Of a DNA stretch of 47,693 bases, positions 1 through 12,082 are shown piece by piece (within the stretch, counting starts at the first letter, position 1; each line of letters opens with the position of its first letter). The translations under genes and the position numbers were made by a program. Source of the stretch: Octopus bimaculoides. Its lineage: Eukaryota. The notes beneath the pieces are model-generated. The model was not told the DNA's origin. It did not search any database and saw only the letters and a program-made list of their open reading frames with translations. Location of the stretch: contig NC_068983.1 in the NCBI RefSeq assembly GCF_001194135.2, positions 38,009,742 to 38,057,434 of the forward strand, in the 5' to 3' direction.

Positions 1-114
1 TATATATATATATATATATATATTATAAGGTTTTTAACTTTTAAATTTTCATATTCAAAAGAGACAGAGACTTCAAATTCGATATATATATATATTGTAA
101 TAAGTGCAGATCAG

Positions 115-472
115 AAGTGGCTGTGTGTGTGTAAGAATTTTGTTTCTCAACCATATGGTTTTGTGTTCACTCCCACTGCATGGCACCTCAAACAAGTGCC
201 TTATATAGCCTCAAGCTGACCAAAGTTTTGCATGTGAATTTGATAGAAGAAATTATTTGGAATCATATTCTAAGTGTGTGTGTGTATGTGTGTCTTTGCA
301 TCTGTGTTTGTTCCTCCTAACCTCTTGACAATTGGTGTTGGTTTGTTTGCATCCTTATATCTGAGCAGTTCAGCACAGAGACCAATAAAATTTGTATCAG
401 ACTTAAGAAATAAGTACTAAGCACTTTCAAGGCAATGCTCCAGCATGGCCATAGCCCAGTGACTGACTAAAT
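115..472 (+). mobile_element. SINE family A (tRNA head, CORE-like ACCTTGGGCAAG segment, internal TG/TA microsatellite), diverged copy
   Basis: Colinear with the younger copies at 24497-24912 and 46555-46940. Confidence 0.8.
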
Positions 473-1775
473 TTCACTTGTATCACTCTCTTTACACCAA
501 TGAACTGTTCTTGGTGTTCACCCTCAATAAAAACGTCTGTGAAGTACTTCAGTCAATTTAAACACCTGAACAGTAATACTTCAAATGCAAACTTTACACC
601 TGTCTCATGACAATGATTTTTAGATCATCTGATGATCTGCAGCTTCACTACAACTGTCAGGTAGATGTTTCATACATTCCAATAATGACATAAAAGATAA
701 AAGACAATTCTTCCTTCTTGTAATTGCAAGTGTTTGGAATTCTCTTCCCATTCACATTTTTCCTGCGAACTTGGCAAACATCAGGTTCACTAATGTGGGT
801 GAGCCTTCAGAGAACTTTGGCCATTTTCTTTGCTCTGCTGATGTCTTTGTCTTTTTTTTTTTTTTTTGTGATCCACCATTTCTGTCAGCGAAGGCTCTGC
901 TTGTTTGCTAATGATATCATAATGCAAAACAAAACAAAACAAAAAAGCAAAAAAAGAAGTCTTTAAAAATAATGAAAAAATAACATAATGAGGTTATTAA
1001 TTAATACAGTAAATAATTACTTATAAATAAATAATGATCTTTCTACAGAATTATTGAAATGTAATACCGTTTTATATTGCTGAACATATAAACAAGCCTC
1101 TGTGTGGTTGCTCGACCTGCTAAAAATATCAGCCAAAACTCAACTTCAAAGTACATTTTAGTGTCTTGATAAAGGATATATCAGGTAATGTGGCCCTGTT
1201 TTTCCTGCACATTGCAAAAAAGATGGGATGGCCACTGTTGGAATGCTCTTCATCATAATTATTTGATCGATCTGGATCAACCTGGAGCTAAACAGCAACC
1301 AGAACCACTTACTGTGTCTTGTTTTAAAGGATTGTTGGAATGTATTGATTACTTCTTGGTACGCCACCACGACCAGCAACAACAACACCACCACCACCAT
1401 CATTTCACCCACACCATCAACACCAATAACTCCATTGCTATCACTGCCACTACCATGTTTGCTATATATTAATTAGTGCTGATGTTGTTGTCCCGTTTTA
1501 ATTAGATTTTAATCAAGATTTTCTTTTTAAAATTAGAAACTGTAGTACAGGCAGGCCATCACAAGCAGATCAAGTTGTAAGAAACTCTAAGGAAGAGTTG
1601 AACACAGCAGAAGACGTTCAGAGAAGCCTTCTTCACTCTTGCTCCATCATGCAAGTGTTTTGGCCCCTAACTTCTTACACTGTAAGAGGGTCAGGAACAT
1701 ATGCAGATCATAACTCATGGATACCATTCTACTGCCATATTCTCTGCTTTTGTCTGTACGAGACCCACCTACCAA

Positions 1776-2237
1776 GGTGCCACATAAAAAGCACTGGTGC
1801 TGGTGTCACATAAAAAGCACTGGAGCTGGTGCCACATAAAAAAGTACTGGAGCTGGTGCCACATAAAAAGTATGGGTGCCATGTAAAAGGCACTGGTGCT
1901 GGTACCACATAAAAAGCACTGGGGCTGGTGTCACATAAAAAGCACTGGGGCTGGTGTCACATAAAAAACACTAGTGCTGGTGTCACATAAAAAGTATGGG
2001 TGCTGGTGTCACTTAAAATGCACTGGGGCTGGTGCCACATAAAAAGCACTGGAGTTGGTGTCACATAAAAGCACCCAGTCCACTCTGTGAAATGGTTGGT
2101 GTTAGGAAGGGCACCCAGCTGTAGAAGCCAAGTCAAAACATCTATGGAACTTGGTGTGACACCTGGCCTTGTCAACTCCTGTCAAGCTGTCCAATCCTTA
2201 CCAGCATGGGAAACAGATGTTAATGATGATGATAATG
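1776..2237 (+). mobile_element. RTE LINE 3' UTR fragment with 26-bp minisatellite and (GAT)n tail
   Basis: About 12 units of GGTGCCACATAAAAAGCACTGGTGCT, then the TTAGGAAGGGCAYCCAGCTGTAGAA motif and GAT tail shared with 22212-22660. Confidence 0.8.
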
Positions 2238-2511
2238 ACTTACACCATGTTTATTATACAGATGTTATTATTCAGATTTCTCTGTCGACTGTATTGCTTA
2301 TTTCTGGCTTTGAATTAATCATGCATCATGTTTGAGCTTTGAGATGTTGATAATGTAATTGTTTAATTTTAGAGTAACAAAGGCTAGATGTGACTGGTTT
2401 CATCATGAAACAAATAGAATATTTGGGCTCGATAATGGCAGGTTTAAATGCTAGAGAAAGAAACCCAGCTGTTTCTTGGAATAAATAAATCTCGATCCTT
2501 AAAGCACTATC

Positions 2512-2910
2512 ATCATCATCACCATCATCATCATTTAACGTCTGTTTTCCTTGATGGCATGGGTTGGATGGTTTGACTGGGGACTGGCAAGCCTGTAGGC
2601 TGTGCGTTGGCAATGTTTCTACAGCTGGATGCACTTCCTAATGCCAACCACTCCGAGCGTGTAGTGGGTGCTTTTTACATGCTGTTGGCACGGGAGCCAG
2701 TCAGGTCGCACTGGCATCGACCATGTTTGGATGGTGCTTTTTACACAGGAACCAGCCATCCATCATCATCGTTTAATGTTCGCTTTCCATGCTAGCATGG
2801 GTGGGACAGTACCACGAGCCGACCAGGCTGAAGCCTGCACCAGACTTCTGTGATTGTTTTAGCAGGATTTTTACAGCTGGATGCCCTTCTTAGCATCAAC
2901 CACTCAGCAG
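2512..2910 (-). mobile_element. Two adjacent RTE 3' UTR fragments with (GAT)n tails
   Basis: (CAT)n-TTTAACGTC start seen at 2512 and 2758; CAGCTGGATGCCCTTC motif in both. Confidence 0.75.
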
Positions 2911-2920
2911 AATAGACTTA

Positions 2921-3153
2921 GGGCAGCGAGCTGGCAGAAACATAAGCACGCCGGGCAAAATGCTTAGCGGTATTTCGTCTGCCATTACGTTCTGAGTTCA
3001 AATTCCGCTGAGGTCAACTTTGCCTTTCATCCTTTCAGGGTCGATAAATTAAGTACCAGTTATGCACTGAGGTCGATGTAATTGACTTAATCCCTTTGTG
3101 TCTGTTCTTGTTTGTCCCCTCTATGTTTAGCCCCTTGTGGGCAATAAAGAAAT
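2921..3153 (+). mobile_element. SINE family B, full length (B1 3' end)
   Basis: A-box-like TGGCAGAAAC and B-box GAGTTCAAATTCC; central CCTTTCATCCTTTCAGGGTCGATAAATTAAGTACCAG block. Confidence 0.9.
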
Positions 3154-3508
3154 AATTATAGACTTAGTGTTTTTTATGTGGTACAAACACAGGCAAGGTC
3201 AGTTTTGGTAAGAGACCTCAATTTACTATTTTGCTTGTATCAATCCCCAAGTGTCATAAGAACCCCAGTTGAGAACCCCTGTGGTTGAGGGTTAATCCAG
3301 GGAATCTCTGATGTGAAAGTAGTTAATGGAATGTTTGTAAACAACCTGTTTGTCAGGAACTCTTGATAAAGAGTACTTTATCTTGATTTTGTGGAATGAA
3401 GTGGTGGGTTGTGTAGGTTAATTGTATATGGAGTCAACCAGTCATGGGTCATTGCTCTTGTTTGCTGCCTGGTCTGCAGTGCTTATCTGCGCGTGCATGC
3501 ATGTATGT

Positions 3509-3852
3509 ATATCATCATCATTGTCATCATCGTCATCGTTGTCATCATCATCAATGTCATCATCATCATCATCATCATCATCGTTGTCATCGCCATCATC
3601 GTTGTTGTCATTGTCAACATCATCATTGTCATCATCATCATCATCATCGTTGTCATCATCATCATTGTTGTCATCGTCATCATTGTCATTATCATCATTG
3701 TCATCGTCATCATTATTGTTATCATCGTCATCATCATCGTCATCGTTGTCATCGTCATCATCATCATCATCATCGTTGTTGTCATCAGCATCATCGTCAT
3801 CATCATCATCGTTGTCATCGTCATCATTATCGCTGTCATCTTCATCGTCATT
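3509..3852. repeat. Degenerate (CAT/CGT/TGT)n array, expanded tail of the adjacent RTE 3' end
   Basis: Continuous triplet periodicity running directly into TTTAACGTCC at 3853. Confidence 0.9.
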
Positions 3853-4050
3853 TAACGTCCATTTTTCATGCTGGCATAGGTTGGCGTGTTTGACAGAAAC
3901 TGACAAGCTGGAGAGCTGCACCAGACCCCAATTGTCTGTTTTGGCACAGTTTCGAAAGCGGGATGCTCTTCCTAACACCAACCATTTTACAGATTGTATT
4001 CGGTGCTTTATACATGGAACCACCACAAGTGCTTTATAAGTGGCACTGGC
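3853..4050 (-). mobile_element. RTE 3' UTR fragment
   Basis: Same terminal sequence as 22212-22400 and 47460-47693. Confidence 0.75.
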
Positions 4051-4399
4051 ACAATTGCTTTTATGTGCCATCTTTTATCTCTTACTTGTTTCAATCATTG
4101 AATTGTGGATATACTAGAGCACCAACTTAAGGGGTTCAGTCAAAAAAATTGATCCTAGTCCTTATTTATTTTAAGCCTGGTATATACATGTGCACACACA
4201 CACACACACACACACATTTATATATAGCATAGTAGGTGTGACTACCTCTAGAAGTAAGAAATCTCATGCTATGTGAAGGGTATATAATTTTATTGAGTGA
4301 ACTGAAGGTAGAGTTCCTCACAGTGCTTGGCCAGTTTCTGTAGTTGCAGTGTATTGGCTCTGTTGTATGTTAAAATGGTAAACAAGATCACAAACTCAC

Positions 4400-4557
4400 G
4401 TCTGATCTTCTATACAACCTGCATTGTCTCACTGACTGTGTGCTTCTAGGAAAGAAGGAAATTACCCTATGATAGGCCAAACTTACTATCCAGTGTAATA
4501 TTTGTCTCTCATCAATGCTATTAGCAAGTAGTTCCATGTACATTATGGTCTTGCTTT
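4400..4557 (-). CDS. Weak candidate internal exon (SKTIMYMELLANSIDERQILHWI...), or a decayed RT fragment
   Basis: AG at 4558-4559; donors GTAAGT (4486) and GTGAGT (4399); open frame. It also contains a decayed NHRGISLLS-like RT motif. Confidence 0.2.
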
Positions 4558-6179
4558 CTAAACAGTGAAATTTTAGTTACTTCTTAGGTTTGCCTCTCCA
4601 GCTTATCATTCCTGACTGATAAGCCATGCTCTAATCAAAATACTGAAATGAATATTCCAGACATTATCAGTGTTATGCCATGTCAAAGATGGCTGAAAGG
4701 CTGTCGATATTAGACACTATGCTGCCTCATAGTTTGTTTCATGCTGATCCATTGCAAGAATTTGATAATTTTGTTGGATATCTGAGTAGGGGTTATTTTA
4801 ATTTGTTTGTCTCTGTGTTTGTACCTATTTACCTAGTTACTTAGTTCTCATTCATAGATCAGAATGAAACTCCTGGAATTGTTTTCTCTTATAGATTGGC
4901 ACACTACGGTTGGGGGAGATTTATCTGTCAACTGTTTCCTTGGTGAATTGGCAAAGTTGTTAAGAGTGTTGGAAAGAGTGCCTTGTGGTATTCATTTTGA
5001 TTCTCTATGCACTGAGTTCAATTCTCACTAAGGTCAACTTTGCTTTTCATCTCTTCAGAGCTGATGAACCATTTAGCATTTAGATTACTCAGTCAAGTGT
5101 TATCATATATGCAGTCAGTTATCTATGACTCTTCATGGCTTGGGCATGACTTGATGACCTTTCTCCATACTGCTTGGTTTTTTGCTTGGATTTGTCATTT
5201 GTTATGATCAATTTCCTTTCCACTTCATGTTCCTTTTTGCAGTAACTTTGAATCTCAGTCTAGGTGACGCATAGGCAACCTGCAGCCCTTGACGAGTTTC
5301 TAGGTTACTAATTTTTACAAGCGAAAAATTTTCTCAGATTTTCCAATTATTAACCTTATCATCTCTCAGCATAACTTAAGAGTAGCAATATCTCAAATTC
5401 TACCCAATATTGGAAATATGGTAAGGAATATGTGAATGTGCAAAAACCTCATTGATACAGATAATGAAATTTGTTCTTTAATGAAATATCAATGAATTTT
5501 CTTTTTTTTTTTTTTTACCTCAATACTTTAAACTATAATTTATTTACACTAGTAATCATCATTATTATCATTAGGAAATAATGAAAGAGATGTCTGCTTA
5601 ATGTAAACTTTCAAACTAAGACAAATAAAATTAAAAAGAACTGCAAAAAATTCAGTGTAAAGTGGGCAAGTAATATTTCATGCATATGTGTTTTATCATG
5701 CAGCCTTCTGGAAGTAATGAAGATGGACATTAAATGATAATGGTGATAATGATGATAATGATGGGGTCACCAAAATCTTTTTAAGTGCTTAGGGCCTCTA
5801 TGACCCTTGGCTGCTGTGAAATTAGAGCTATATTCTGGTCCTTAAATGATCTCAGGAAGTATTTTCAGTTGTGAATTGCTTCTTTAAATCTTGAAATGGA
5901 TCATTTGGTCTTTCTTTATCTTTTTGCTTCTTTCTCTTTGTTGCTTTCTTTCTTCTCTTTTCTTTTCCCTACCTTTCAACTTTTCTCTCTCACATCTACA
6001 TCTCAAATGTTTAAATCAAAAGCTTATGTGTCTACTAAATCTTTCTTCCTGTCTCCCTGTTTCTCTTTGTTCCTTAGCGGGGTCTACCTATCATCAACCC
6101 CTTTAACTAGCAGTACTCCCTTTTGTTCTTCTAGATCCCATATATAACCCACTTCATAACCTCCCTCTTTCTCACTGAC

Positions 6180-6181
6180 AC

Positions 6182-6221
<40 letters not shown>

Positions 6222-6580
6222 ATGATACCAAGGCACTCCATATACACTGGCATACACATGCACACATATATTAATCCAGACACACATTTGTATGCTCACT
6301 TAGTAATGCACACATGCACCTTGACATGGTAATAGATGCACACACATGCACATATGTACAGATAAATATGCACATTGTTACCAGACTCACACACACATTT
6401 ACATGCATTTACACATGCACATACACACACAACTTGGCATGTACACACACACACATACAGCCTGGTACACTCACACACATACATAACACAACACGTACAC
6501 ACACATATACATATACAAAGAACCTGGCACACACACATACATGCATACAACTTAGCTCACACACACACACACACACATGC
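6180..6580. repeat. Degenerate (CA)n microsatellite
   Basis: Direct inspection. Confidence 0.9.
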
Positions 6581-6963
6581 AAAATGGTTCTCTCTTCCCA
6601 CCTGCATCTATTTCTTATTTCCATTTCTTGTCCCCTCCATTCCAAACTCTGTATTTTTTTTTTTCCTGGGTGGTGACTGTTTTTCCCCCCAAATACTGAC
6701 CTTTCCATAATATTTTGTACAAAACCAATTTCCTCATTCTTGTTACCAGTTTTCATCTTGGAAATATACAATTTCAGCGCCACACCATAAATTCTGCTGT
6801 TTTGGAAGGTCATACCTAGCACTTCATTATTTTTACCCTCTTGTCATCATCAATTACATTTCAACCTTCGTTACACAGATCAGATTATGACGACAGTGGT
6901 GGTTGCGACGACTGCGGCAGCAGTGGTGGTGGTGGTGATGATGATGGTGATGATGACGGTGAT

Positions 6964-7071
6964 GGTGGTGGTGGCGGCAGCAATGATGTAGGTGGTGGTG
7001 GCGGCAGCAATGATGTAGGTGGTGGTGGCGGCAGCAATGATGTAGGTGGTGGTGGCGGCAGCAATGATGTA
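6964..7071. repeat. 27-bp minisatellite, 4 perfect copies, inside a GGT/GAT/CAC triplet region (~6895-7170)
   Basis: GGTGGTGGTGGCGGCAGCAATGATGTA at 6964, 6991, 7018 and 7045. Confidence 0.95.
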
Positions 7072-7808
7072 GGTGGTGGTGATGATGATGATCATCATCA
7101 TAATGTTGTTGCTATTCATCATCATCACCACCACCAGCACCACCACCACCACCACCACTACCACTGCTATATTAATAGTGGAAATGGATTGAATGTGTCC
7201 GTACATCTCTTTGGTCTTACTCACACCAGATGTTTTGCCAAATAGTGATAGTGGTGGTGCTAGTAGTAGTATTAGTAGTAGTAGTAGGTATTGCTGTTAT
7301 TGCTGTGGTGGTGGTGGTAGGAACAGCAACCGAATCTCCTTCACCTCACAATCCGACAGGTTATGTAGTTGGTCGTATCCTTTAATATCGTAAGAAGTGA
7401 TTTGGAAGGCTATTTGGTTGATATTTCTAGTGGATTGAGTAACCTATACAAGGAGCCCATCCATTAATTCTTGACACTGGTGCCTACCTATTTCTCCCTA
7501 TATTGCTTATGTAACCATAAAATTAGTTTTAACAATATATTTGATGTCAAATGGTTGCACTCTGTTCCCTTGGAGGCTGTTGTACTTCACCAAAAAAATG
7601 ACCCGATTTTTTTTTTTTGTTTTTTGAAATTCTATAAAGGTTAGAGCCTTTAGTTATTGTTACCATGACGATATTCCCCTGTACATTGATATATAATGTC
7701 GCTATCTCTTGTTTCATGATTTGTGCTTGTACTTTTGACTATATCATCATCATTATCATTTAATGTCCATTATGCGATGCTGGCATGGGTTAGAAGGAAT
7801 TCGTTGAG

Positions 7809-7931
7809 GTGTAGGAGTGGCTGTGTGGTAAGTAGCTTGCTTACCAACCACATGGTTCCGGGTTCAGTCCCACTGCATGGTACCTTGGGCAAGTGCCTTC
7901 TACTATAGCCTCGGGCCGACCAAAGCCTTGT
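7809..7931 (+). mobile_element. SINE family A, 5' half
   Basis: GGAGTGGCTGTGTGGTAAG head, B-box GGTTCAGTCCC, ACCTTGGGCAAGTG. Confidence 0.85.
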
Positions 7932-8074
7932 GGTTGGCAACAAGCAGGGCATCTGGCCATAGATATACCTCACTAAATTCTATTTGCCCCATGCAAGTTT
8001 GGAAAAGTGAATATTAAAATGAAGATGATGGTTGAAACAGTACACTCTCAAAGTTAATAAGCAATTGTATTTTG

Positions 8075-8460
8075 TTTCATTCCTCTGCAACCCGTCTTTC
8101 TTGTTCTCCTTCTTCCACTGGTTCCATCTGTTTTGAGCTCTTAGCACTTCATCATATAACTGATGTCCTCCCTATGCATCACGTACCTGCTCCATTGCAG
8201 CCTTCTCTCTTACACACTACATCTGATATCCAAATTGTCTGTCAGCTAATTTGTACTCTGTTGTTTTATGTACACACATTACATACCCAGCAGAGAGTAC
8301 TTGAATAATTTCTTTCCAGGTCCATGTTTTACTGCCATGTCGCATGGCACTTTGTACACAAGCATCATACAGCCTGCCTCTCACTCAGAGAGGGGGTCCC
8401 TTTGTTACTGTGTCACCATCAGAGGCCATAACATACTGAATTTGCCTCAGCCTACTCTTG
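8075..8460 (-). mobile_element. RTE LINE ORF C-terminal fragment, decayed
   Basis: Minus-strand translation VRGRLYDACVQSAMRHGSKTW...IRCSV*ERRLQW, homologous to 15333-15794. Confidence 0.75.
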
Positions 8461-8582
8461 CTCTTACATTGCATTGCTAATTAGGTCACTTTAAATAACA
8501 AAAGCTACCAACAACTTCTAGGTCTGTCAGCCTGTCTATGATCCTACCACATTTCCTGTATGGTCATAGTTTATATTTAGGT

Positions 8583-8930
8583 ATCTTTTACTTGTTTCGG
8601 TCATTGGACCAGGGCTTCTATCCCAATGCTTATTATTTTATGTATAGCCTGGTTCTTATTCTATTAGTCTCTGTTGCCAATTAGCTAAGTTACAGGGATG
8701 AAAATACCCCAACAGCTGTTGTCAAGCAGTAGTGGGGGACAAACACAAACTCAAAGACACACACACACACATTTTATATATGTATGTATGTATACATCAG
8801 GCTTCTTTCAGTTTCCATCTATCAATTCAACTCCCAAGGCTACAGTAGAAGATACTTGCCCAAGGTAGGACCGAACCCAAAACCATGTGTTTGGAAAGCA
8901 AACTTCTTACCACTCAGTCACACCTGTGCC
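8583..8930 (-). mobile_element. SINE family A
   Basis: Colinear with 24497-24912. Confidence 0.8.
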
Positions 8931-8952
8931 TTCCTCTAAAATTCCTACTTAC

Positions 8953-9012
8953 TCTTTCTGTGCATATGAAGCACTGCGATTTCCCAGATTGCAGCATGGT
9001 CCTGTCTTCTAT
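8953..9012 (-). CDS. Weak candidate 60-nt symmetric (phase 1-1) exon, RRQDHAAIWEIAVLHMHRK
   Basis: AG at 9013-9014, strong donor AGA|GTAAGT, open frame, non-repetitive sequence between two SINEs. Confidence 0.25.
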
Positions 9013-9061
9013 CTTATTTGATAAAGTAATTATCAGTAATTAAATTATTTCACTAAGTGCA

Positions 9062-9480
9062 TGAATGGCTGTGTGGTTAAGAAGCTTACTTTGCAAAAAC
9101 ATGATTTCAGGTTCAATCCCACTGTGGCACCTTGGGCAAGTGTCTTTTGCTATAGCCCAGGGTCAATAATTGCCTTGTGAGTGAATTTGGTAGATGGAAA
9201 CTGTGTGGAAGTTGGGACAAAATATATATATTTTTCTTTATGAAATAAAATATTTATACAGTCAGCCAGTTCCGCTTGTGCTAATCAGGACTAAGGAGCT
9301 GATGATAATGTTACAATTTCATGCGATCATAAGAAGTTTTTGTTCCATGTTAGTAGGAGGAAGGATATGTAAGTCTTTGTGTGTGTCCCCTACCACTGCT
9401 TCACAACTGGTGTTGATTCGTTTACATCCCAGTAACTCATCGATTTTTGGCAAAAGAGACTAATAGAATAAGTGCCAGAT
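9062..9480 (+). mobile_element. SINE family A, interrupted by ~130 bp in its central region
   Basis: Head 9062-9240, 3' body 9370-9480. Confidence 0.75.
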
Positions 9481-9855
9481 TTTAGAGAATAAATACAGAG
9501 ACTGAAATAAGTAATTCTTGATTATTTTGAAAATTTAAACAAAATGGAAAAATGTATGCTTACAACCCATGCTAGCATGGAAAGCGGACGTTAAACGAAC
9601 AAAAGGGTTAAAATATTGGCTTACCAAAACAGGAAAAACAAACCAGGAGCAAAATTGTAAGATATTTAGTCTTGATTTAGTTATGTGTTGAGACCCATTT
9701 TAAGATGTCCCCAAAGTTCTTAAAACAACTTTACTTGAACATGTAACAAAGCTTATCAGTGGATGTAGCTATTGATACATTGTTGGTACTTAATGTTTTA
9801 AGATCTTGTTTCTTTACCCATTTAAAGATATGTGTGGTCTGAATTTTACTAAATA

Positions 9856-10592
9856 ATAATAATAATAATGACAATAACAACAACAACAATAATAATAATG
9901 ACAATAACAACAATAACAATAATAATAATGATGACTAATAATAACAATAATAATAATGGTGACAACAACAACAACAATAATGATGACAATAATAACAGCA
10001 GCAACAATAATAATAATGACAATAACAACAACAACAATAATAATAATAATAATGACAATAATAACAACAACAACAACAATAATAATGATGACAATAATAA
10101 TAACAACAACAATAATAATGATGACAATAATAATAACAACAACAACAATAATAATGATGACAATAATAATAACAACAACAACAATAATAATGATGACAAT
10201 AATAACAACAACAATAATAATGATGACAATAATAACAACAACAACAACAATAATAATGATGACAATAATAACAACAACAACAACAATAATAATAATGATG
10301 ACAATAATAACAACAACAACAACAATAATAATAATGATGACAAACAACAACAATAATAATAATGATGACAATAATAACAACAACAACAATAATAATGATG
10401 ACAATAATAACAACAACAACAACAATAATAATAATGATGACAATAATAACAACAACAACAACAATAATAATAATGATGACAATAATAATAACAACAGTAA
10501 TAATAATGATGACACTAATAACAGCAGCAACAATAATAATAATAATGATGACAATAATAACAACAACAATAATAATAATGATAATAATAATG
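9856..10592. repeat. Higher-order AAT/AAC/GAT-GAC triplet array
   Basis: About 20 units of 30-39 bp punctuated by GATGAC. Confidence 0.95.
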
Positions 10593-10804
10593 GTTTCAGA
10601 TTTTGCCACAAGGGCAACAATTTTAGGGGAGGAGATGTGTCGATTACATCGACCCTCATTACTCAACTGGTACTTAATTTATTGACCGCAGGAGGATGAA
10701 AGGTAAAGTTGACCTCAGTGGAATTTGAACTCAGAACGTAGCAATGAGCAAAATACCGCTAAGTATTTCATCCAGCAGCCTAATGATTCTGCCAGCTCAC
10801 CGCC

Positions 10805-10872
<68 letters not shown>

Positions 10873-10885
10873 TATAATTATAATA

Positions 10886-10940
<55 letters not shown>

Positions 10941-11762
10941 TTTTTATTATAAGCACATGGCCTGAAATTTTGTGGGGAAGAGGGATAGTCAATTACACTG
11001 ACTCCAGTGTTTCACTGGTACTTAATTTATCGACCCAGAAAGGACGAAAGGCAATGTTGACCTTGGCAGAATGTGAACTTAGAACGTGAAGACAGACAAA
11101 ATGCCACTAAGCATTTTGCCTGGCATGCTAGCGGTTCTGCAAGCTTGCCACCTTCATAATAGTAATAATAATAATAATAATAAATAATTCTTTCTGCTCT
11201 AGGCACAAGGCTTGAAATATTGGGGAAGGGTACTAGTAATTGAGTACATCGACGCCTTCCCCAGTACTTAACTGGTACTTACTACATCAATACTGAAAGG
11301 ATGAAAGACAAAGCCAGCATTGATTTAATAATAATGATAATCCTTTCTATTATAGGCACAAGGCCTGAAATTTGGGGGGGAGGGGTCCAGTCAATTAGAT
11401 CGACCCCAGTCTGCAACAGGTACTTAATTTATTGACCCTGAAAGGATGAAAGGCAAAGTTGACCTTGGTGGAATTTGAACTCAGAACGTAGCAAATACCA
11501 AAATACTGCTATGCATTTTGTCCGGCGTGCTAACGATTCTGCCAGCTTGCTGCCTTTATAATAGTAATAATGATGATTAATAATAATGGTCCTCTCCACT
11601 ATTGGTACAAAGTCTGAAATTTGGGGATTAGGGGCTTGTCTTGACTGGTAGTTAATTTACCAGCCCTGAAAGTATAAAAGGCAAAGACAACTGTGACAGA
11701 ATTTGAACTTGGAAATAAATAAGTTGAATGAAATTCCACAAACCAACTCTGCCAACTCACTC
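10592..11762 (-). mobile_element. Cluster of five co-oriented SINE-B copies (10592-10806, 10939-11154, 11187-11320, 11341-11556, 11589-11762) separated by TAA/TTA tracts
   Basis: Four carry GAATTTGAACT or GAATGTGAACT (B box, reverse) and all five carry GAAAGGATGAAAG-like central blocks; the third is a 3' half only. Confidence 0.9.
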
Positions 11763-11812
11763 CATCATCATCATCATTATCATCATCATCACATCATCGT
11801 TGTTGTCATCAA

Positions 11813-11856
<44 letters not shown>

Positions 11857-11885
11857 GGCACAGGAGTGGCTAATGATAAAAATAG

Positions 11886-12043
11886 GGTGCAGGAGTGGCT
11901 GTGTGGTAAGTAGCTTGCTTACCAACGACATGGTTATGGGTTCAGTCCCACTGTGTGGCACCTTGAGCAAGTGTCTTCTACTATAGCTTCAGGCTGATCA
12001 AACCTTGTGAGTGGATTTGGTAGACGGAAACTGAAAAAGGCCA

Positions 12044-12082
<39 letters not shown>

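Noticed and set aside
3409-4071. Long poly-Ile/Ser/His/Asp/Met ORFs in all frames
   Set aside because: They follow automatically from a stop-free triplet repeat that is the tail of an RTE fragment; no splice or composition evidence.
4647-4845. Plus-strand open frame HYQCYAMSKMAERLSILDTMLPHSLFHADPLQEFDNFVGYL
   Set aside because: Weak splice signals, no recognisable homology, and its length is within chance expectation.
9814-10699. Poly-Asn/Leu/Cys-Tyr ORFs of 160-280 aa
   Set aside because: Microsatellite artefact; a 1-nt shift near 10342 breaks the frame.
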